A DNA stretch of 53,517 nucleotides from Pelagomonas calceolata (taxonomy: Eukaryota). Position numbers and translations under genes: made by a program. The notes beneath the pieces were generated by a model. The model made no database searches. It was not told the origin of the DNA and was given only the letters and a program-made list of their open reading frames with translations. Positions 45,060-53,517 of the stretch are shown piece by piece. The stretch covers positions 5,332,001-5,385,517 of the forward strand of contig CAKKNE010000003.1 in NCBI GenBank assembly GCA_918797485.1, written 5' to 3'. Numbering within the stretch: position 1 is the first letter of the stretch; every line of letters begins with the position of its first letter.

Positions 45060-47055
45060 TTACCCCGCCCAGGAAGAAGACGACGGCGCGGCGCGGCGGT
45101 CCGGCCCGCCGGGCGTGGCGACCGCGCGGGGCGCAGGCGGCGGCAAGCGAGACGCGTCGGCGGCGCGTGCGAAATCGCGCCAGCACGTTGCGGCGCCACG
45201 CGCGGTCGCCACGTCGGGGTCGGCGGCCAGCGCGGCGGGGCGCGGGCGGCGCGCAGCGTCGCGCGCGAGGCACGCGCGGACGCGCGCGTCGAGCGCGCGC
45301 GAGCGGCGCGGTGGCAGCGGCGGCGCCGCGTCTGCGCGGAGCGCCTGCCACGCCGCGCCGGCGGCGGCGAGCGGCGCCGCCGTCGCGAGTTCGTACGCGG
45401 ACGCGCCGAGCGCGAACACGTCGACGTGCGACTGGGGCCGATAGTTCGACTGGAAGCACCTGCGCGCGAGACCACGCTGTTCCATGGCCGCAGGAAAACG
45501 AGCCATCTCGATCGAAGCTTCCCGCCGGGCCGCGGCTGACGTCCGCGCCGCACGCACTCGGGCGCGAGGTAGCGCGCGTCGCCTTCGGCGCCGTCGCTCG
45601 GTGCGGCGCCGACCGTGGCAACAGACCCAAAGTCGCCGAGCTTCAGCTGCCCCTGCGCATCGACGAGGACGTTGCCCGGCTTGACGTCGCGGTGGACGTA
45701 ACCGCGCGCGTGGACGTGCGCGAGTGCGTCGCCGACGTCGCCAAGCCTGCGCGCGAGACACGACAAGCTCGGGGCGAGCGACGCGATGTCGAATCGGGCG
45801 ATCCTTCCCGCGCCGCGCCGGGCAGCTTCCAGAGGTGCGGCGCCTCGGGCGCGTCTCCGTTCCTCGAGACGATCTGCGCGACGCTGCCCAGGGCGCAGAG
45901 CTCGAGCTGCGCGTGGAGGTGGCCGCCCTCCTGCCACGCGAGGTGGAACGCGATCACGTTCGGCGCGCCCCGCAGCGCCCGCAGCGCCTCGCACTCCGCG
46001 AGCGCCGCCTCGCGCGCGCGCCGCGACCGGAACGGGCGCCGCGCGACCTTGATCGCGTAGCGCTCGCCGTCGACCGTCGACGTCGCGGTCCAGACGTCCG
46101 AGAACGCGCCGCGGCCGCACCGGCCGTCGAGGACGAAGTCGCGCGCGAGCCGGACGTCGCGGCGCGGCGCGTCGCTGGCGGCGTGGCGCGTCCGGCGCCG
46201 CTTCGGCGGCGCGGGGCGCGGCGGGCGGGGTTCCTCGGCGGCGTCGTCCGTCGACGCGTCCGACGCGGCGGCCGCCGCCGCGTCGTCGGCGGCCGCGGCC
46301 GCGCGGACCCACGCCGGCCTGTCGTGCGCGTCGAGCGCCGCGTCGACGAGGACCTTGGTCGCGTCGAGCGACGACGCGACGCGCGGGGGCGGCGCGGCGC
46401 GCGGCGCGCTCCTCCGCGCGCGCGCGTCGGCCACCGCGCCCGTCGCTCTCGCATGGGCGCCGGCCTCGGCCGCGGCGCTCACCGCGGCCACCGCCGCCGC
46501 GCGGCGGCGCCACGCGGGCTCGCGCTCGGGCGGCGACGAACGCGGACTCGACGCGGCCGCGGCCGCGTCGCCGAACGCCGCGGGGTCGGGCACCGGCCGG
46601 CGCTTCACGGGCGCGTCGTCGTCGAACTCCGGCGACGCGGCGCCGACCGCCGGCGACCAGTCGAGGCGCGGCTCCTCGCCGCGCGACGGCACGCGGACCG
46701 TCTCCGCGCGCGGCGTCGTGCGCGCCTCCGCCCGCGGCGTCTGCGCTCCCGCCCAGGCTGAGGCTGCGGCCGCCCGCGGCGACGCGGCGGCGGCCTCGTC
46801 GGCCGCGCCGTCGAAGTCGAGGCGCGCCGCGACGCCGCGCGCCGCCGGCGCCCGCGCCGGCGGCCGGCGGCCGGGCCGCTCGCTCCGGCGCGGCGCGCCC
46901 ACCGCGGGCGCGGGCGGCGCCGCGGGCGATTCCTCGGCGAAGAGGAACGACGCCACGCGCGAGCTCGGCGCCGGCCGGCGCGCGCTGGCCGGCCCGACGC
47001 GAGGCAGGCTTATGCGGAACTGGCCGCCGAAGGAGAGGCTCTCGGCGCCAGACAT
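45060..47055 (-). CDS. Wee1/Myt1-family protein kinase; join(47055..45824,45746..45558,45459..45060)
   Basis: GRGAFSDV, DGERYAIK, AWQEGGHL..QLELC, HRDVKPGN, KLGDFG, EGDARYLAPE, DVFALG, WQALR. Confidence 0.9.
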
Positions 47056-47324
47056 GCTGCGTTTTATTATGTCCTCAAATTGGTGTGGTCTAAAACCTAC
47101 CCCGCAGAGCTGAATGTGACGCGCGCGCCGGTGCGCTTTAAACATATATATATATATATGTGTAGCCATATAAATACGTGTAGCTATAGTCAATTCGGGT
47201 TGCGGGGGCGCGCGCCTAGAGGGGTGACGGGGGAGCTATCCCCCGCGAGCGTGTACGTAAGCTTGCTGCCGGTCGTAGAAGCGTGCGTCGTCGTCGCCGT
47301 GCCCGGGCGCGTTGGTGAAGTCCG

Positions 47325-47724
47325 GGTTGCCGCCGACGAGCCTACTTTCCGAAAAAGGACGAGAAGGATCCAACAAAGGTATTTTACGGATATTCATTTC
47401 AAGAAGAAATCTGTTGCACATGAAGCCTATCACTTGTCACATGGATTTTGTCAGTGAATAGACTGAGTTGATACATTCTCTAGTAGAAAGGCATCTAATG
47501 GACGCTCGCGCCCAGGGGGAGTAGAGAGAGAAACCTACTAGCCCTTCCTACCCTAGATATGTATCTCCCACTCTCTAATATTTGAGTCTATACATCGAGT
47601 GTCAAAAGCACTACGGTGTAACAACAGTTCACTATAAAACACTCTCGTAGTCAGGTCTAGCCAGCCCTTGGCTGGTTAGCTAACACCCTGCTACTTTACA
47701 TAACGCTGCGACATACTCTTGCTA
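47325..47724 (+). mobile_element. Copia 3' remnant: RNase H-like fragment, polypurine tract (47514-47521) and full 203-bp LTR (47522-47724)
   Basis: VAADEPTFRKRTRRIQQRYF resembles the NPxFxxRTKHIxxRYH motif; AGGGGGAG directly precedes TAGAGAGAGAAAC...CTCTTGCTA. Confidence 0.75.
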
Positions 47725-47818
47725 ACGGTACCGTACCTCCTACGGTACCGTAAACAGGTTTGCACCTTTTGCGCGCCGCGCGCCTGGTGGCGCCGGTGGC
47801 GCCGCTTGCGTTCGATAA

Positions 47819-48700
47819 ATGGCGGGAACGACGTTCGCGCTGGTGCCCCAACTCGCGGGCACGCGCCCCCTCATCCGGCTCCCGGCGTCGGGTGAGGTCA
47901 CGGTCGGACGCAGTGCCGGGGCCCAAATCCAGCTGAACGCGGCGTTCATCTCGCGGCGACACGCGAGGCTGATCGCCGAGGCGGGTCGCGCCTACGTCGT
48001 GCCGCTGTGCCGCGACGACAAGCTCGTCACGGTCAACGGCGTGCCGGCGGCGCGCGGCGCGCGCGTCGAGCTGCGGGCCGGCGACGCGGTGAGTTTCGTC
48101 AAGGAGGAGGCAGACTTTGCGTATCGCGTCGAGCGGCGCGCGCCGCCGGCGGCCAACGAGGGCCAGACGGCGTCGGGGACGAAGCGGCCGCGCGCCGCGT
48201 CCGACGGCGACGTCGAGGCCGACTACGAGTGCTGCATCTGCTCGGGCGTCATCGCCGCGTGCCACTGCCTGCCGTGCGGCCACGCGGCCTGCGGCGAGTG
48301 CCTCGTCCGGTGGCTCGCCACGAAGCGCGAGTGTCCGGAGTGCCGCGCGGCCGTGCCGCCGCTCGCGGTCCTCGCGCCCGTCCACATCGTCGACAACGCC
48401 ATCGAGGCGAGGATCGGCGCCGTGCGTGCCGCCGAACGCGAGGACTGGGAGGCACGGCGATCGCGCTGGCGTCGGACGCGGCCCGACGGGCCCCTGCGCG
48501 CGCCGCCGTCGCCCGCCGAGCGGGGGCCGCGTCCACGCGCGCCGCCCCCCCGTGCGAGCACCGCGGCGCCGCCGCGCGCGCGGCGCCGCCGCAACGCAAT
48601 TCCGCCAGTCGCCGACATACGCGCTCTCCTCGCGGGTCGGCGCCGCGCAGCCGCCGTGACAGACCTCACCGAACCCGAAATCATTTCAATCGACGACTAA
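47819..48700 (+). CDS. FHA-RING E3 ligase (CHFR/RNF8-like)
   Basis: VTVGR..FISRRHA..VNG FHA motifs; C3HC4 RING CCIC..LPCGHAACGEC..W..CPECR; GGTACC array at 47726-47752 upstream. Confidence 0.9.
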   Translation: MAGTTFALVPQLAGTRPLIRLPASGEVTVGRSAGAQIQLNAAFISRRHARLIAEAGRAYVVPLCRDDKLVTVNGVPAARGARVELRAGDAVSFVKEEADFAYRVERRAPPAANEGQTASGTKRPRAASDGDVEADYECCICSGVIAACHCLPCGHAACGECLVRWLATKRECPECRAAVPPLAVLAPVHIVDNAIEARIGAVRAAEREDWEARRSRWRRTRPDGPLRAPPSPAERGPRPRAPPPRASTAAPPRARRRRNAIPPVADIRALLAGRRRAAAVTDLTEPEIISIDD

Positions 48701-48942
48701 TTAATGTACTTAGCACACCAGTGGGGGAACTACTTTCCGCACTGGAGCCTCGCTCGGGGCTGGCTGCCCTCCGTTTTTAAGTTTTTACTTACTAGTAGCT
48801 CTTAAGTATCTTCTCCCTACTCAGTCAAAATGCCAAACTAGAGCATTCGAAATAGCAATAAGGTAACTGCATAGAGTATTCTCAGTCTTGCGCGGTAAAA
48901 CAAAAGAGGGAACAACACGCCGAGGCCCAAACCTCGCGCCGG

Positions 48943-49371
48943 CAGGGTGGTAATCCGAGACGAAGTAGCCGGGAGAGACCGGTAACTTTTCCTACTAGGG
49001 AGGAATAAATTTCGATTTTCGGAAAGTAGTTATAGTGTTACACAACAGACGCGCGCGCGGTTCATTTGTATAAGAAAGTGCTCGTCGTTTTGGCGTGGTG
49101 GCGTTGAATCACCTTGGAGCGCGGCTCCTCGCCTTTGGTCGTCTCGCGAACGAACGAGGCGGACTTCCGGTCGTCATCCAGCCAGCGCTTCACTATCGGC
49201 GTGAAGTCGATCTCGTGAAGCTCAGGGAGATTCATGGTGTTGAACACAAGATCATCGAAGGACTCCTCCCCTAATTATTTTTTTAATAGAGGCCTAGAGA
49301 GCCCTCCCCGGAGTATTTATTTTCACTTTTGGCACCAGACCGGTAACTTTTTTTTCTCGATTACCACCCTG
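48943..49371 (-). mobile_element. 429-bp non-autonomous hAT-like element, copy 1
   Basis: 13-bp TIR CAGGGTGGTAATC/GATTACCACCCTG; internal LGEESFDDLVFNTMNLPELHEIDFTPIVKRW resembles a hAT C-terminal dimerisation region. Confidence 0.85.
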
Positions 49372-49431
49372 TACGTGAGCGGAAGACGGATCCGAACCCC
49401 CCTTGCGCTATCGACGCGACGGGCTTGCACG

Positions 49432-50424
49432 TTACTCGAGGTGCGGATTATCGTCGAGGATGCACGGCGGGTAGGGCCCCTCGTGGAGCCAGAGCTGGGA
49501 GACCCACTTCTCGGCTTTCGCGGGCTCGGCGGCGTGGACGGTGCGGTCGTCCGGGCGGCCGCTAAGATGAAACGCGGGAAAGAACAGGAGCGCGTCGCCG
49601 GCGACCGGCGCCACGCGGAGCGGCGGCGGCGCGCCGAGGTCGCGGAAACACGTGGCGCCGCCCTGTGCTTCGTCGCCGTCGCCGCTGAGGTAGACGAGGA
49701 GCGTCGCGACGCGCTGGCCGCCGTCGCCGCCGCGGAGGAGCGACGGCGGCACGGCGTCTTCGTGCCACCTGAACCGCTCGCCGGGCAGGTACCGCGCGAG
49801 CTGGAGCTCCTCGAAGTGCGCGAACGGAACGCCGCGGAACAGCGCGCGCGCGCGCCGCAGCAGGGGCGCGCAGGCGGGCTCGCGGTAGCGGGCGTACCAC
49901 GTGGTCGACGTCCGCCGCGGCGCCTCGCCGGCGGCGAAGGTGCCCGCGGCCTTGGGCATCTCGCGGCACCGGCCCGACGCCGTCAGGGCGATGAGCGCGG
50001 CGCACTCCTCCGTCGAGAGGAAGCCCTGGACGCGGTAGACGGGCGGGTCGAGGTGGAGCACGGCGAGGCGCGGGTCGCCGAGATCGACGGGATGCGCCTT
50101 GGCGTGCGCCAGGGCCGCGCCCGCGGTGGCGACGGCCACGGGCGGCGCCTCCAGCGACACCTTCCGCGCCCCGAGGTCCCGCGGCGCGTCCTCGTCCTCG
50201 GGCTCCGCCACGGGAAGGCCCCACTTGTCGAGCGCGGGCCGCGCCGGCGCCGCGCGCGGCGGCGGCCGCGGCCGTTTTCGCCGCGCTTTCGTGGTGCCTG
50301 CCTTTTTGGGCGCGCCGAAGCCCGCGCCGGCCCGGACGCGGCACGACGCGCGGCGCGGCGTTTGGCGCCCCTGGAGGCCGTCGGCCGCGACCAAGGCAGC
50401 CGCGAGTAATCGGACGCCACGCAT
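49432..50424 (-). CDS. Prolyl 4-hydroxylase-like 2OG-Fe(II) oxygenase with N-terminal targeting signal
   Basis: FLSTEEC, RTSTTW, EELQLARY..G..F.WHED, QRVATLLVYL, GGATCF, VHAAEP..EKW. Confidence 0.9.
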   Translation of the reverse strand: MRGVRLLAAALVAADGLQGRQTPRRASCRVRAGAGFGAPKKAGTTKARRKRPRPPPRAAPARPALDKWGLPVAEPEDEDAPRDLGARKVSLEAPPVAVATAGAALAHAKAHPVDLGDPRLAVLHLDPPVYRVQGFLSTEECAALIALTASGRCREMPKAAGTFAAGEAPRRTSTTWYARYREPACAPLLRRARALFRGVPFAHFEELQLARYLPGERFRWHEDAVPPSLLRGGDGGQRVATLLVYLSGDGDEAQGGATCFRDLGAPPPLRVAPVAGDALLFFPAFHLSGRPDDRTVHAAEPAKAEKWVSQLWLHEGPYPPCILDDNPHLE

Positions 50425-50647
50425 CGTCCTCTTGGTGTGGCGTGTAGCTGCTTGTCTGTCCTGGCCTTGCGGGACGACGCGTCGCGCAGTGGCAAGCAAG
50501 ACTATATTTTAGCTACCTGACCGCTGCAGCAGTGCGCACATGCATGCATAGCGAGTGCGGCGCTGGAGCCGCCGTAGCGCTGTGATCGTCCGGGCGAATA
50601 CGTGACGAGGAAGCTGTCTGGGCTTGCACGCGTCCATACAAGAGCGT

Positions 50648-51695
50648 ATGGCTGCCCCGCGTTTGGCTGCCACGAGTTTCATGCTCGCAGGCCTCGCCTT
50701 TGCTGGATCCGGCGCCGCGCCCGCCGTCGGCCGCCGCGAGGCGGCCTGGGGCGCCCGGCTCGCGCGCAAGCAGCGGTGCCTGGCGGCGGGCGCCGGCGGC
50801 TTCTACCTCTACCACGCGCGCAAGGCGGCGGGCACGACGCTGCGCGCGGCACTGCAGGAAGCGGCGCGGCGGCACCGCGTCGCGTACTGGGAGACCGAGG
50901 GCCTGTCGATCGACCCCATGTTCCTCGGCCTGCGGTCGATCATCACGGTCGTGTCCGTGCGCGACCCCATTCGCCGCGTCCTTAGCATGTACTGGTACGA
51001 GCACGTCGGCTGGCACGACGGCATTCTGCACGACCCCGCGGGCCTCCGGACGCTGCGCGCGTGGGTCGACGAGTGGAAGGACGACAGCCCGTGGAAGCGC
51101 GACTTCGCGCGGCGGAATCCCGGCAACGTCTACGTCGAGGTGCAGAACTACTTCACGAAGGCGCTGGCCGGCTGGAACGCCGCGGGCGCCGCGGCGGCCG
51201 TCGACGCGGCGGCTCTCTCTCGCGCGCGCGCAGCGCTCGAGCGCTTCGACGCGATCTTCGTCGTCGAACGCGCGACGTGGCCCAATCACACGGCGCTGCT
51301 GCGGCGCGCGCTGGGCCACGACGCGCCGCTGCGGGCGACGCTGCGGGGCGCCGGCCCGCGCGCCACTTCTTCTCTATTTTCTTTGTGCGCGCGCGCGACA
51401 CTTATGGCGACGAGGCGCGAACGCGGCGGCGCGCGCAGGCGACGACGCGGCGCGGCGGCGCCTTGCGCCCCGGCTCGCGCCCGACGCCGCCGCCGTCGTC
51501 GCGGACCTCGAGGCGCTCAACGGTTTCGACCGCGACCTCTACGGCTACGCGCTCGCGCTCGACGACGCGCGCACGGCGCACGCGCAGCGCGAGCCGCGGC
51601 GCGATGGCGGCGTGGCGCCGTGCGAGACCCCGCCGAGCCGGCAGCTTGGGTCGAAGACGGGCATTTTCCGCCCGCGCGGGCACAAACACCGGTGA
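50648..51695 (+). CDS. Sulfotransferase family protein; GC-AG intron 51348-51438
   Basis: FYLYHARKAAGTTLR, VSVRDPIRRVLSMYWY, LNGFDRDLY after splicing. Confidence 0.85.
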
Positions 51696-51823
51696 CCGCG
51701 CTCGCGGCTCGCGAGTGTGGGGGGTAAAATGGTGTGTAGTATTGCTGGTCGGGGTTAGGAGGTGTTTGTGATAGTTTTTCCTCTAGGATTTTCCCTGATG
51801 ATCCGATTCGGGCGGGCGGCGCG

Positions 51824-52252
51824 CAGGGTGGTAATCGAGAAAAAAAAGTTACCGGTCTGGTGCCAAAAGTGAAAATAAATACTCCGGGGAGGGCTCTCTA
51901 GGCCTCTATTAAAAAAATAATTAGGGGAGGAGTCCTTCGATGATCTTGTGTTCAACACCATGAATCTCCCTGAGCTTCACGAGATCGACTTCACGCCGAT
52001 AGTGAAGCGCTGGCTGGATGACGACCGGAAGTCCGCCTCGTTCGTTCGCGAGACGACCAAAGGCGAGGAGCCGCGCTCCAAGGTGATTCAACGCCACCAC
52101 GCCAAAACGACGAGCACTTTCTTATACAAATGAACCGCGCGCGCGTCTGTTGTGTAACACTATAACTACTTTCCGAAAATCGAAATTTATTCCTCCCTAG
52201 TAAAAAAAGTTACCGGTCTCTCCCGGCTACTTCGTCTCGGATTACCACCCTG
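51824..52252 (+). mobile_element. 429-bp non-autonomous hAT-like element, copy 2 (inverted relative to copy 1)
   Basis: Near-identical reverse complement of 48943-49371; transposase-like remnant at 51921-52133. Confidence 0.85.
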
Positions 52253-52521
52253 CTCACGTAACGTACTACTTTAAAGACGAATACGGGCAGCCATCGCCCG
52301 CCGTCGCTGCAATGGAAATACACGTCTAGTAGGATCCCAAGGTTCAACTGAGACGTATTCAAGCACAACCCGTACTTGTATTACCCGCCTAGGCTACTTC
52401 CCATCCTAGGGTACTCCGATATCCCCTTAGTAGGGGGAAGTCGCCTCTCACTCCTAACTATTATCATCCTGAGTCACCTTTTATTGACGGACGCAATTCC
52501 CCGTCACAAACCCCATCAAAC

Positions 52522-52700
52522 ATGGGAGAAACTATTTCGTTAGACGACTACACTACGCTGCCGGGGAAGTCCGGAGCTACACACTCTATCGTCTTCACCT
52601 CATTACTATTACCATTTCAACTTACTATTGTATGGTACGAAAGGCGACAAACACAAGTCCCGCGCGATCATCAAGGACCTTCTCTCACAGAAAGACCTCA
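52522..52700 (+). mobile_element. Possible degenerate LTR-retrotransposon integrase fragment
   Basis: GETISLDDYTTLPGKSGATHSIVFT, then frameshifted VYGTKGDKHKS; weak resemblance to the rve N-terminus. Confidence 0.35.
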
Positions 52701-52828
52701 ATTTTGCTCAATCTCGGACTCTGACGTCGGCGTGGTTCTCTTGTGGTGCGCGTGTAGTAAGTTGGGTACAGTCTAGCTTTCTCTGTTTCTGGCGCGATTC
52801 TTCGGTGGTCCTTCGGCTGAAGGCTGCG

Positions 52829-53080
52829 TCACGAGCCGAGCTTTGTTCACGAGCCGAGCTTTGTTGAGTCGCGTGGGTTCTAGGATCCAGGTTCGCAGCA
52901 CAACTCGAGCAGCATCTTGAGACCAAGGATCCAGGTTCGCACCTCATCAACTCCGAAGGAACCAGCTCCAAGGTTAGCACATCAACTCCGAAGGAACCAG
53001 CTCTGTGAGACCAAGGATCCGGGTTCGCACATCAACTCCGAAGGAACCAGCTCTGTGAGACCAAGGATCCGGGTTAGCAC
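52829..53080. repeat. Subtelomeric tandem repeats: 18-bp unit x2, then a 50-bp unit (2 near-perfect copies at 52973-53072 plus degenerate copies from ~52880)
   Basis: tcacgagccgagctttgt x2; gtt(c/a)gcacatcaactccgaaggaaccagctctgtgagaccaaggatccgg. Confidence 0.9.
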
Positions 53081-53144
53081 TGGGTTTTCAGGCCAGGATG
53101 CGGGTTAGCAGGGCTTCGGATTGGGTTAGATGGAGGTTAGGATT

Positions 53145-53517
53145 GGGTTAGGGGTTAGGGTTAGGGGTTAGGGTTAGGGGTTAGGGTTAGGGTTAGGGGT
53201 TAGGGTTAGGGGTTAGGGTTAGGGTTAGGGTTAGGGTTAGGGTTAGGGTTAGGGTTAGGGTTAGGGTTAGGGTTAGGGTTAGGGTTAGGGGTTAGGGTTA
53301 GGGTTAGGGTTAGGGTTAGGGTTAGGGTTAGGGTTAGGGTTAGGGTTAGGGTTAGGGTTAGGGTTAGGGTTAGGGTTAGGGTTAGGGTTAGGGTTAGGGT
53401 TAGGGTTAGGGTTAGGGTTAGGGTTAGGGTTAGGGTTAGGGTTAGGGTTAGGGTTAGGGTTAGGGTTAGGGTTAGGGTTAGGGTTAGGGTTAGGGTTAGG
53501 GTTAGGGTTAGGGTTAG
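53145..53517 (+). repeat. Telomere (TTAGGG)n with interspersed TTAGGGG variants
   Basis: G-rich strand runs 5'->3' to the window end. Confidence 0.99.

Noticed and set aside
52880..53080. Repeat array that might be taken for CRISPR
   Set aside because: Tandem units without unique spacers, no cas genes, eukaryotic subtelomere.

Overview
Eukaryotic, very GC-rich nuclear DNA running into a right-hand telomere (TTAGGG array, ~53145-end). Bipartite signal+AFAP plastid presequences, GC-AG introns and introner elements with 8-bp target duplications point to a stramenopile alga, most likely a pelagophyte (Aureococcus-like; inference). About 23 protein genes are supported: PIBF1/CEP90, IFT80, TIM22, GPATCH1-like, a Qb-SNARE, MetAP1, a Kelch-pseudokinase-HECT ligase, homoserine dehydrogenase, OGDH E1, 3R-MYB, TIP41-like, PPTase, Wee1/Myt1 kinase, FHA-RING, P4H-like, a WW protein, and several secretory methyl-, sulfo-, glycosyl- and acetyltransferase-like genes. 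The most notable structure is non-coding. (1) TA-CCG-TA-GG-TA (GGTACC) arrays sit just upstream of most genes and parse as chains of Tc1/mariner-type excision footprints. (2) A few over-represented intergenic 8-mers appear as ~6-nt insertions in otherwise aligned repeat copies. (3) An introner family (TIR CTGTGTGGAAATCAA) is seen at several stages of decay. (4) Two inverted hAT-like elements have swapped target duplications, implying inversion of a 2.45-kb two-gene segment. (5) A Copia LTR family with TA..TA ends and a half-tRNA-iMet PBS always abuts the GGTACC arrays. All splice models and homology calls were made by eye, with no database search.
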